Shown one piece after another: positions 19,816 to 30,739 of a DNA stretch of 64,000 nucleotides. Position 1 is the first letter of the stretch. Each line of letters begins with the position of its first letter. Under the pieces are notes generated by a model that was not told the DNA's origin, searched no databases, and saw only the letters and a program-made list of their open reading frames with translations. This DNA comes from Diplonema japonicum. Lineage: Eukaryota > Protista > Euglenozoa: Diplonemea. The DNA lies in the NCBI GenBank assembly GCA_964019335.1, contig OZ025665.1:434001-498000 (forward strand), read 5' to 3'. A program made the translations under genes and the position numbers.

Positions 19816-21610
19816 CCATCTATCAACGAGCGTCTATATATAGACGATTTGAAAAAAAATCTTTTACGCAAAGGGCTTTCAATGCAATACGGCCCGGCCC
19901 TTTCTTGCCGGCGGGGTCCTGCGCGGAAAATATGAAAAATATAAACTAAATGCTGCCCTAACTTAACAAGAAAATGAAAAAATAAAAAAAAACGCCAGCC
20001 CAAATTTACCCTTAAAAATCACTTCAAAAAAAGGCGCCCGGAAAGAGGCCGGAAGAGGACGTCATGAGTGATGGCAGCACTGATGGCTCATCCCTATTAT
20101 GCAATTTTGATACAAACAGTGATTCTGACACGAATTCGACCGATTCCGAGTCACAGCAGGGTGATTGGACGGCAAAGCCGGAGCAGTTGGAAGGCATCCG
20201 GTTTCGTGAAGATCGGAATCCTTGTGGACCCTGTTTTGACATCAAAGGCTCAACGCCATACCATATATTCTCCCAACTGCTCGTCCCAAACTTTATTCGG
20301 GTCATAACTTCGAACAATGTGGCAAATGCGGCTAAAAAAGGTGTCTCCCTGGATCTCGATGCTGCTTCTCTGCGTACCTTCCTAGGTGTCCTTTTGTCGA
20401 TGGACTTGGATATCAAGCCAGATTATTCTGATTACTGGCGCACTGGCTCCACGTTTCTCAACTACACCCCTGGGTACGCCACCGTCATGTCAAGAGACCG
20501 CTTTTTGACTATTCTGGGAAATCTGTGTTTCCACAGCGAAACAAACAAGCGTGCTGACTTCTACCTATCGCGAAGGCCTCCCGGAGATCATGGATGCCCC
20601 AAAGAAGCGAGGCCGCAAGCCCAAGGACGCGCATCCCGTGGGGACACAGTTCCACCAGCACGCGAGCATCCTTTGCACCACAACGTGGCATGACATCAAG
20701 CCTGTGCGCTTTCTATCGACGTTGGATGTTCCAGTGAAGTCAAATTTGACCGTCCGCCAAAAGAGAATGAAAGCCGGAAAGGACATCTTGTTCCCCACCA
20801 AGTGCATATTTACAACACCGCAATGGTCGGAACCGACCTGGGTGACGCTGTGACAAAACGCCATAAACGCACCCTTATGACTTAAAAGTGGCCCCTAAAA
20901 GTATTTTCGTACTTGTTAGGTAAATCTCTGGCGAATGCTTGGCTCGTTTGGAAAGAAGCCTTGCCCCCCAACACCCTGAGTACGAACGACAGTGTATTGA
21001 CGCCTTTCAAAGAGGCAGTCATCGAAGGGCTACTAGGGAGGCAGTCTAAACAACAGATAAAGTCAACTACAGAGCAGGCTGCCCCAATACCATGCCCCGA
21101 AACACAGAACGAGTGCTCTGAGACCCCAATGCGCCGTGACAGTACCTTCTGGGACCATTTCCCCGAAAAAGTAGTGCAACGTGCGGTGCAAGCATTTCAA
21201 GTCGAAAAGACCCCTATTTTCAGTGTTCAGCCTGCTTGGTACAACTTTGCGTGACTCCGTGCTTCAAAGACTGCCACCTTGCCGGGGATACCCCCAGAAA
21301 CCCCTCCCGGGGTCAAAAAAGAAGTCCCCCAGCCCTGGGGCACGTACGAACCGCGTCAAGAAGGCCTTAAATAGCTTTTATAGAATTTTACAGTCGATTT
21401 TTTTTGACTTGTTTTTTGTACCCCCTCTCGAGCACTTCAGGAACGATATTTTTGACAATGTTGTGGGGGTGGGCCCTGCTGTGGGCACCCTCTCTCTAGA
21501 ATTGGGACATCTGGAGGCATTTCCGGGGGCATATAGCCCCGGCGTTGCGCTAGAATAGCTTTTTTTGAGGTTTTGAAAATTTAAAAAAATTGCTTAAAAA
21601 AATTTAAAAA
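19816..21610 (+). mobile_element. decayed piggyBac-like DNA transposon
   Basis: Starts at CC after TTAA (19812-19815), exactly where homologous array spacers diverge. Has a subterminal palindrome and transposase fragments. No right TIR found, so the end is approximate. Confidence 0.8.
20064..21290 (+). pseudogene. piggyBac transposase pseudogene (internal deletion, frameshifts, stops)
   Basis: LRTFLGVLLSM..YSDYW..MSRDRFLTILGNLCF, then WHDIKPVRFLST, YNTAMVGTDLGD, KWPLKVFSYLL..SLANAW and a C-terminal CSAC..LC..CFKDCH, spread over several frames. Confidence 0.85.
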
Positions 21611-21669
21611 AAGTTAAAAAAATTGCTAATAAACTTGTGTTCTTCGTCCGAGTAAGGAGTATACACTTA

Positions 21670-21729
<60 letters not shown>

Positions 21730-21988
21730 GACAAGTTTTACCATTTTATTTTTCACTATGATTGGAAACGAAGTGGTTAGAACTGGTAGCGTGCCGACCC
21801 CAAGTCCCCTATGAAAATCATCAAATATTCTTTACTGTGCATTGGGTTGCATAGAGCCCTCAAGAGAGGGAATGTGCACCAAGCTGGTAGAGAACCACCT
21901 ATTTAAAAAGGGGGTTCGGATCTGCACATTTTGAAAAACAAAGGGAGTCTATATGGGGAAACATTATTTCTGTTAGGCGGGAAGTCTT

Positions 21989-23230
21989 CTAATGCCCGAT
22001 ACTGTCCTCGAGGATCTCCTCGCCAGATACTGTCGGGATGACAGCATCTTTATTCGCAGTTCTTTCCAACTCGATGGCCACATTGTACTGCGTGTCGGAA
22101 GACTTGTAAATGATACACATGTGGTTTGTGGGGAGGGTGCCTTTCAAGATAAACACCGGGGAGTGGTTCTCCTGAACCCCACCAGGGAGGAGGATGGTCT
22201 TGTAAAACGACGACCAATTCGTGACAGCACTCTGGTAGTCAAACGTCCACGAGTATAGAGAAGGAACATGCGGTGTGGTGTTGGCATGTGCCGCCCTTGT
22301 CTGCAAAGCCTTCCTGACAACCTGTGGTGTCACCACCTCATTCTTGCAGAAAGCCATCAATGCCACATAGTTCCCAGCAAGGTCTGGAGTTATCTTCTCA
22401 TGCCTGTTTCGGAGGTTCGTGACCATGAACCTAGCATGCGATGCAGGCCACTTGTCAAGCCACCAGCTGGTGATGATATCGTTGGTCGACACAAACCCAC
22501 CCGCAGCCTGGGCTTCCTTCTTCTTCTTCTCAATGTAGTCACCGCTTACCTTGAAGCACTCCATTCTTTCTTCACACCACCTCGAGCCTAGTTTAAGCCA
22601 TAGAATCCTGTAGATTCCGAAACTCATTCGGGTCAAGCTAGTCATAGGAGGGTAGGTGGTGTGGTTGTAGTAGTTCTGCAGGTTTTCTTCTTCGAACACA
22701 AGCTGCCTCTCGACGTTGGGTGTAGTGATCTCCATGTCAGTGGACAGCATGTTGAGGTAGGTGTACAGAGTAGCCCCGTCGCCTACAGCGTGTGACATTG
22801 TGAAGTACACATGATAGCCTTCCTTGTCAGTGGTCTCCCATGCTATCACGCGCAGTGTTTTGCTTATGCTGTCATTACGGTTCATAAACGTTGCCAGAAT
22901 ACCCTTCACGTGCTTCAGAGGGGTCTCGGGGACGATCTCCTTCAGTGTTGGGTCGTCTGAGACTTCGAACACCTTGTCCACATCAGCATCCTCCACTTCC
23001 GATGGGTATTTGATGTGCCCTTTTGTTATGCCCTCCATGACAACAACACCTCCTAGGATGGGGTTCGCCTTCATGATGCTCAGTATTCTGTCTTTCAAGT
23101 ACTCCTTGGGCAGGTCTCCTTTGAACTTTAGCAGCACGCCTGTGTGGCAAATTGCCAGCATAGCGTCGAAAATCATGAGATTGATGGTTTTCTCATCTCG
23201 TGTGGTGGTGCGGTCGGAGTGCTGTGACAT
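21989..23230 (-). CDS. HXXXD acyltransferase, copy 2
   Basis: 413-aa intact ORF with SHAVGDGAT. Confidence 0.87.
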   Translation of the reverse strand: MSQHSDRTTTRDEKTINLMIFDAMLAICHTGVLLKFKGDLPKEYLKDRILSIMKANPILGGVVVMEGITKGHIKYPSEVEDADVDKVFEVSDDPTLKEIVPETPLKHVKGILATFMNRNDSISKTLRVIAWETTDKEGYHVYFTMSHAVGDGATLYTYLNMLSTDMEITTPNVERQLVFEEENLQNYYNHTTYPPMTSLTRMSFGIYRILWLKLGSRWCEERMECFKVSGDYIEKKKKEAQAAGGFVSTNDIITSWWLDKWPASHARFMVTNLRNRHEKITPDLAGNYVALMAFCKNEVVTPQVVRKALQTRAAHANTTPHVPSLYSWTFDYQSAVTNWSSFYKTILLPGGVQENHSPVFILKGTLPTNHMCIIYKSSDTQYNVAIELERTANKDAVIPTVSGEEILEDSIGH

Positions 23231-23720
23231 CTTTCCCTCTATTTGTGTTGCCCTTTCTCTACCTAATGAAGATTGATTTGATGGAAAATGTGCCGTTTAA
23301 TAATGAAAAATTATTGATAGAAAACTACAAACACGGTACGCAAATGAAATTTATTTTTCACACGACCCCTTATCCTAGGTGGTGGTGGGAACGCCGCCAA
23401 GTTGCCGCGAGCGGTGGGGGTCAAAGTGGTTACCGGGGATGGTGGCCATGTGGTCGGGATGTTTTTTGAAAACCCCAGTTTGGTATGAAATTTCAAGTAA
23501 CCATAAATATACCATAAACGAAACGTTGACAAGTTGGACACCACAAGAGTTGTTTGGTGGAAAACCCATGTCGCGTACGGTGTTTCGTAGTTTTCATTTC
23601 TCAATTATCGTTTTTTTTTAGGAAGAATAAAAAAAAAAAAAAAGAAGAGTAAAAGCAGACTTAGAAAGAAAAAAAAAAACAAAACTGCTTACCAAAAAAT
23701 ATTTTAGGTTTGTTGTCCAG
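23231..23720. repeat. duplicated upstream spacer of the acyltransferase array (matches 25837-26220)
   Basis: Near-identical sequence with small indels. Further spacer homology links 21620-21815 with 24265-24490, and 19590-19815 with 23960-24150 and 28545-28775. Confidence 0.85.
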
Positions 23721-24598
23721 AACAGACAGAGAGGGAGAGGGAGAGGGGGGGAGAGAGAGCGTGTTTTCCATCTCACCGCGCCGTCGGTGGGAGTGTCACC
23801 ATGGGTCATTACTCTAGGTTTAGTGTTTACTGCAGGGCCCTGAGGCTAGAGGGCGTTAGCCCCTCCTATGCAGCAACACTGGCCCGACATTTTAAAAGAG
23901 GCTTCACGTCAGGGTGATAATACCACGACCGTTGGGGAGTGCAGTGGCTCAAGGCTGCGATGACCATTCTCAATCGCATGCCGTAGCCACTGAAAGCTAG
24001 AAGTGTTGCCAGGAAGAGAAAAAAGAGAGAAAAAAAACGATGCAGTTGAGGACAGCAGGTGGTGGTGGTGGTGTATTATCTGATGGTTTACCCGAGTTGG
24101 TACTGCAAAAGGGAGGAAGGAATTATTTCAGTGATCATATCACGTTTAAGCTAAGTTCGAGGGGGGAGGGGGGGGGGGGGGGGGGGGGGGAAGGTTTTCA
24201 AGGAAAAAAAAAAGAGAGAGAAAAATTTTTTTTAAAAATTCAAATGCAACATAGTTAAAAAGAAATGTTAATAAACTTGTGTTCTTCGTCCGAGTAAGGA
24301 TTATACACCTGGTGCAGGTTTCACCTTTTGCTAAAAAACTATAAAAAAAAAAAAAAGAAAAAGAAAAAAAAAAAACGACAAGTTTTACCATTTTATTTTC
24401 ACTATGATTGAAACAAAGTGGTTAGAACTGGTAGCGTGCCGACCCCAAGTTTTCGAAACGCTCAAAAGCCCGGTCCCTATGAAATCAGAAAAACAAAAGG
24501 TAGACTACATGAGCATTTAAGAAACTAACTGTATTGGGGGAAACATTATTTCTGTTCAAAAGAAGGGCGAACAACGCAATCGGGAAGTCTCACTCGTT

Positions 24599-25836
24599 CT
24601 AATGCCCGATACTGTCCTCGAGGATCTCCTCGCCAGATACTGTCGGGATGACAGCATCTTTATTCGCAGTTCTTTCCAACTCGATGGCCACATTGTACTG
24701 CGTGTCGGAAGACTTGTAAATGATACACATGTGGTTTGTGGGGAGGGTGCCTTTCAAGATAAACACCGGGGAGTGGTTCTCCTGAACCCCACCAGGGAGG
24801 AGGATGGTCTTGTAAAACGACGACCAGTTCGTGACAACGCACTGGTAGTCAAACGTCCACGAGTATAGAGAAGGAACATGCGGTGTGGTGTTGGCATGTG
24901 CCGCCCTTGTCTGCAAAGCCTTCCTGACAACCTGTGGTGTCACCACCTCGTTCTTGTCGAAAGTCATCAATGCCACATAGTTCCCAGCAAGGTCTGGAGT
25001 TATCTTCTCATGCCTGTTTCGGAGGTTCGTGACCATGAACCTAGCATGCGATGCAGGCCACTTGTCAAGCCACCAGCTGGTGATGATATCGTTGGTCGAC
25101 ACAAACCCACCCGCAGCCTGGGCTTCCTTCTTCTTCTTCTCAATGTAGTCACCGCTTACCTTGAAGCACTCCATTCTTTCTTCACACCACCTCGAGCCTA
25201 GTTTAAGCCATAGAAGCCTGTAGATTCCGAAACTCATTCGGTTCAAACCAGTTATAAGAGGGAAGGTAGAGTGGTTGTAGTAGTTCTGCAGGTTTTCTGT
25301 TTCGTAGACAAGCTGCCTCTCGAGGTTGGGTGTAGTGATCTCCATGTCAGTGGACAGCATGTTGAGGTAGGTGTACAGAGTAGCCCCGTCGCCTACAGCG
25401 TGTGACTGAAGTACACATGATAGCCTTCCTTGTCAGTGGTCTCCCATGCTATCACGCGCAGTGTTTTGCTTATGTTGTCATTGCGGTTCATAAACGTTGC
25501 CAGAATACCCTTCACGTGCTTCAGAGGGGTCTTGGGGACGATCTCCTTCAGTGTTGGGTCGTCTGAGACTTCGAACACCTTGTCCACATCATCATCCTCC
25601 ACTTCCGATGGGTATTTGATGTGCCCTTTTGTTATGCCCTCCATGACAACAACACCTCCTAGGATGGGGTTCGCCTTCATGATGCTCAGTATTCTGTCTT
25701 TCAAGTACTCCTTGGGCAGGTCTCCTTTGAACTTTAGCAGCACGCCTGTGTGGCAAACCGCCATCATAGCGTCGAAGATCATGAGATTGATGGTTTTCTC
25801 ATCTCGTGTGGTGGTGCGGTCGGAGTGCTGTGACAT
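24599..25836 (-). pseudogene. HXXXD acyltransferase copy 3, frameshifted
   Basis: 4-nt deletion at ~25406 (tgtgac-tgaag versus tgtgacATTGtgaag in copies 2, 4 and 5), just before the catalytic His, splits the ORF. Confidence 0.8.
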
Positions 25837-26859
25837 CTTTCCCTCTATTTGTGTTGCCCTTTCTTTACCTAATGAAGATTGATTTGATGGAAAATGTGCC
25901 GTTTAATAATGAAAAATTATTGATAGAAAACTACAAACACGGTACGCAAATGAAATTTATTTTTCACACGACCCCTTATCCTAGGTGGTGGTGGGAACGC
26001 CGCCAGTTAAAGTGGTTACCGGGGATGGTATTTTTTTGAAACCATAAATATACCATAAAACGAAACGTCAACAAGTTGGACGGAGTTGTTTGGTGGAAAA
26101 CCCATGTCGCGTACGGTGTTTCGTAGTTTTCATTTCTCAATTATCGTTTTTTAGAAAAGAGAAAAAAAAAAAAGAAAAAAAAACTACTTACCAAAAAATA
26201 GTTTTAGGTTTGTTGTCTAGAGCAGAGTGAGTGAGAGAGTGTGTGTGAGAAGGGAAGGAAGGAATTCGATCACTTAAGTCAACAGCCCTCAGTACGACCA
26301 CCACAGTCGGCTCCAAGCGTACTAAAATACATGGGGTGGGGGGTTTGCAGCCTAACTACTTATTGGAGTGAGCTTCTAACTTTTGCGGTCCCACCTCTCA
26401 GAAACGGTGGGGTGGCACACCGAAGCCAAAAGCGACATCTAACCCTGGTTTGAGAGGTCTGACTGTGCCAATCTGCGACAGTTGCTGCGACAGACGGCCA
26501 AGGTGCTTACTTTATTCTTACCACGTCGCCCTGGTACAGACTTCCTTGAAATGACTAGCTTAAGAGGTGCCGTCACTCTTGCTACCCCTGGAAAAAAAAA
26601 AAAGAAGAAGAAATTGGTAAGAAAAAAAGATGTCTTTGAAGGGAACCTGCAGTATGTGACAGGATCGCCTAAGAAAAAAAAAAAAAAAAAAAAAAAAAGA
26701 AAGGCGGGTTTACCTGCCTATATAGCCCTGGGGAAAGAAAAGGACGCAAAATTCGGTAAGTTTCGCATCAAAGAAAAAGGGGTCATTCATTGTAACTCCA
26801 CGAACGGAGGAAAAACAAATGATGGACTGAGGTTTGAATCAATCGGGGGGTTTTGGAGG

Positions 26860-26891
<32 letters not shown>

Positions 26892-26962
26892 GATGTTGCC
26901 TTCCACATATCAAGACAAGCGCAGGAATCAAATATCCCGTTGCAAGTACGTTAAGTCTTCAT

Positions 26963-27002
<40 letters not shown>

Positions 27003-27054
27003 CATTATTTGGGTGAAAAGAAATCTTTTTGTTTATTGTTGTTGTTGTTTGAAG

Positions 27055-28299
27055 CTAATGCCCGACACAGGCCTCAAGGATCTCTTCGTTTTGCACAGTT
27101 GGTAGGGTAGCATCATCTTTTCTCGCAGTGCTGTCCAACTCGATGGACACATTGTACTGCGTGTCGGAAGACTTGTAAATGATACACATGTGGTTTGTGG
27201 GGAGGGTTCGCGTAAAGACAATAACCGGCGCATGGTTCTCCTGAACCCCACCAGGGAGGAGGATGGTCTTGAAAAACGATGCCCAGTTCGTAGTCATGCA
27301 TTGGTAGTCAAACGTCCACGAATAAATAGAAGGAACATGCGGTTCAGTGTTGGCATGTGCCGCCCTTGTCTGCAAAGCCTTCCTGACAACCTGTGGTGTC
27401 ACCACCTCGTTCTTGTCGAAAGTCATCAATGCCACATAGTTCCCAGCAAGGTCTGGGGTTATCTTCTCATGCCTGTTTCGGAGGTTCAAAACCATGAACC
27501 TAGCATGCGATGCAGGCCACTTGTCAAGCCACCAGCTGGTGATGATATCGTTGGTCGACACAAACCCACCCGCAGCCTGGGCTTCCTTCTTCTTCTTCTC
27601 AATGTAGTCACCGCTTACCTTGAAGCACTCCACCCTTTCTTCACACCACCTGGAACCCAGGTTAAGCCACAGCAACCTGTAGATTCCGTAGCACATTCGG
27701 GTCAAGCCGGTTATAGGAGGGAAGCTAGAGTGGTTGTAGTAGTTCTGCAGGTTTTCTGCTTCGTAGAAAAGCTGCCTCTCGACGTTGAGTGTAGTGATCT
27801 CCATGTCAGTGGACAGCATGTTGAGGTAGGTGTACAGAGTAGCCCCGTCGCCTACAGCGTGTGACATTGTGAAGTACACATGATAGCCTTCCTTGTCAGT
27901 TGTCTCCCATGCTATCACGCGCAGTGTTCTGGCCATGTTGTTGTTGTGCTTCATATATGTTGTTAGAACTTCCTTCACGTGCTTCAGAGGGGTCTTGGGG
28001 ACGATCTCCTTCAGTGTTGGGTCGTCTGAGACTTCGAACACCTTGTCCACATCATCATCCTCCACTTCCGATGGGTATTTGATGTGCCCTTTTGTTATGC
28101 CCTCCATGACAACAACACCTCCTAGGATGGGGTTCGCCTTCATGATGCTCAGTATTCTGTCTTTCAAGTACTCCTTGGGCAGGTCTCCTTTGAACTTTAG
28201 CAGCACACCTGTGTGCATAGGGGATATAAACATATCGAAGATCATGAGATCGATAGTCTTTTCGTCTCGTTGCTTGGTGGGGTAGTCCGTGGACGGCAT
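27055..28299 (-). CDS. HXXXD acyltransferase, copy 4
   Basis: 414 aa from ATG at 28299 (MPSTDYP), with SHAVGDGAT. Confidence 0.87.
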   Translation of the reverse strand: MPSTDYPTKQRDEKTIDLMIFDMFISPMHTGVLLKFKGDLPKEYLKDRILSIMKANPILGGVVVMEGITKGHIKYPSEVEDDDVDKVFEVSDDPTLKEIVPKTPLKHVKEVLTTYMKHNNNMARTLRVIAWETTDKEGYHVYFTMSHAVGDGATLYTYLNMLSTDMEITTLNVERQLFYEAENLQNYYNHSSFPPITGLTRMCYGIYRLLWLNLGSRWCEERVECFKVSGDYIEKKKKEAQAAGGFVSTNDIITSWWLDKWPASHARFMVLNLRNRHEKITPDLAGNYVALMTFDKNEVVTPQVVRKALQTRAAHANTEPHVPSIYSWTFDYQCMTTNWASFFKTILLPGGVQENHAPVIVFTRTLPTNHMCIIYKSSDTQYNVSIELDSTARKDDATLPTVQNEEILEACVGH

Positions 28300-28809
28300 T
28301 TCTTTTTTTTTTTTTTTTTTTTTTTCCGAATTCCTTTTTTTGTGTTGTTTTTTTTCCTTACAACACCGCAATAATAATAAAAAAAAGCGGACAAATGGAA
28401 GGAGGAAAGAAAAGAAGAAAAAAATGGAGAGCAAGAAAGGCGTAAGAAGAAAAAAAAAAAGCAAAAAAAAAGACACCATGTCTATTTCTTTCTTTTTTTT
28501 GTTTTTGTTTTTGTTTTGTTTTCTTTTTTCGTTCCTTTGAAGAGCGAACAGCATTTTCAATCGCATTGCCGTCTGCAGTCTCCAACCCTACCTGTGGCCC
28601 AAAGGCACAAGGGCGCCGGAAAACAAACTGAAAGGTCCGAAAGAATTGAAGCTAGAAAGGTTGCTAGGAAGAAAAAAGAGAAAGAGAAAAAAACGAGGTG
28701 GTGAGAACCAGCAGGTGGTAACGTATTAAATCAGATAGGGGGGAAATTCTTCAGTGATCACACTGAAACGTTTAAACAAAGTTTCGCAGACAGCAAAAAC
28801 CGCTGCTAC

Positions 28810-30042
28810 CTAATGACCGACACACGTCTCAAGGATCTCATCCTCACTCACTGAGGGCAGCATTGCATACTTATTCGCTGTGCACTCAAGTTCAAGGGAC
28901 ACATTGTACTGCGTGTCGGAAGACTTGTAAATGATGCACAGGTGGTTGATAGGCAGGTTCATAGCATAGATCAACACCGGGGAGTGGTTCTCCTGAACCC
29001 CACCAGGGAGGAGGATGGTCTTGTAAAACGACGCCCAGTTCGTAGTCATGCATTGGTAGTCAAACGTCCACGAATAAGCAGAAGGAACATGCGGTGTGGT
29101 GTTGGCATGTGCCGCCCTTGTCTGCAAAGCCTTCCTGACAACCTGTGGTGTCACCACCTCATTCTTTGCAAACCCCAACAGTGCAGCGTAGTTCCCAGCA
29201 AGGTTTTGGGTTATCTTCTCATGCCTGTTTCGGAGATCAACAATCATGAACCTAGCATGCGATGCAGGCCACTTGTCAAGCCACCAGCTGGTGATGATAT
29301 CGTTGGTCGACACAAACCCACCCGCAGCCTGGGCTTCCTTCTTCTTCTTCTCAATGTAGTCACCGCTTACCTTGAAGCACGCTGTTCTTTCAACACAGGT
29401 CCATGGAGCCAACTTGAACCACAGCATTCTGTACACTGGGAAGCAGAAACGGTATGAGCTCCGCAAAGAAGGCAGAGTAGGGTGGTTGTAGTAGTTTTCC
29501 AACTTCAGGTCATCGTAAGCCTGCTGCCTCTCGACGTTGAGTGTAGCGATCTCCATGTCGGTGGACAGCATGTTGAGGTAGGTGTACAGAGTAGCCCCGT
29601 CGCCTACAGCGTGTGACATTGTGAAGTACACATGATAGCCTTCCTTGTCAGTGGTCTCCCATGCTATCACGCGCAGTGTTCTGGCCATGTAGTCTCCGTG
29701 TCGCATGTGTTTTGTCAGAACTGACTGAACTCTTTTAGCGGGCGTCTCGGGGACGATCTCCTTCAGTGTTGGGTCGTCTGAGACTTCGAACACCTTGTCC
29801 ACATCAGCATCCTCCACTTCCGATAGGTATTTGATGTGCCCTTTTGTTATGCCCTCAATGACAACAACACCTCCCAGAATGGGGTTCGCCTTCATGATGC
29901 TCAGTATTCTGTCTTTCAAGTACTCCTTGGGCAGGTCTCCTTTGAACCTTAGCAGCACACCAGAGTGGTTCACGCTCAGCAGGGCATCATAGTACAGGAG
30001 GTTTATCCTCTTCTCATCCTGCGTGGTGGGAGGTGCTGGCAT
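28810..30042 (-). CDS. HXXXD acyltransferase, copy 5
   Basis: 410-aa intact ORF with SHAVGDGAT. Confidence 0.87.
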   Translation of the reverse strand: MPAPPTTQDEKRINLLYYDALLSVNHSGVLLRFKGDLPKEYLKDRILSIMKANPILGGVVVIEGITKGHIKYLSEVEDADVDKVFEVSDDPTLKEIVPETPAKRVQSVLTKHMRHGDYMARTLRVIAWETTDKEGYHVYFTMSHAVGDGATLYTYLNMLSTDMEIATLNVERQQAYDDLKLENYYNHPTLPSLRSSYRFCFPVYRMLWFKLAPWTCVERTACFKVSGDYIEKKKKEAQAAGGFVSTNDIITSWWLDKWPASHARFMIVDLRNRHEKITQNLAGNYAALLGFAKNEVVTPQVVRKALQTRAAHANTTPHVPSAYSWTFDYQCMTTNWASFYKTILLPGGVQENHSPVLIYAMNLPINHLCIIYKSSDTQYNVSLELECTANKYAMLPSVSEDEILETCVGH

Positions 30043-30739
30043 TTTTTTTTTTTTTTTTTTTTTTTGTTTTTTTTACCCTTACGGAAGTGAAGCGATGGTT
30101 TGAAACGAGAAGGTGGCAAATCAAAAAAAAAAAAAATATATATATGTTACCTCGCTCAAGGGGGGTGGATGGGTTGGCCAACCAACTGCCCCTGTGGCGA
30201 TTTGCCTTTGAAACCTTGTGTCTTAACTACGTCCACACTCTGCCCTCCCGTACAGCCGTCTTCTGGTTACCCTCTTGTTTCAATTTGTTTGTTGCCACTA
30301 CCCTGTGAAGGTACTAACTCTCCCACGTGAGTCATTTCGCCCAACTCCTGAGAACCTCCTGCCCCTACCTTCCACTTTAACCAGTGTTAAAAGTGAAGAA
30401 GAAGAAAAGAGAAGGAAGAAGAAAGAAGAAAAAAAAAAAAAAAGAGAAAATACAAGGAAGCCACTTTTATCTCTTTACGGATGCCGGGCACCCTTAAAAA
30501 AGGGTGGGTGGGTGGATAGATCGTTTTGTTACCGGTGTGCTATTAAAAAAAGAAAGGGGGGAGCAAGTCATTGTTCCTTCCAAAAGAAATCTTTTTTCTT
30601 TTCTTCTTCTTTTTTGTAAACCGCACAACCGGGGGGGGGGGGGGGGGTGCGATGCTAAAAAAAACCTTTAAGGAAAAGTAACATTGAGGTGGGGGGGAAC
30701 GACGAATTCTGCTCATTCTTCATTCCTTCATTCGCACTT

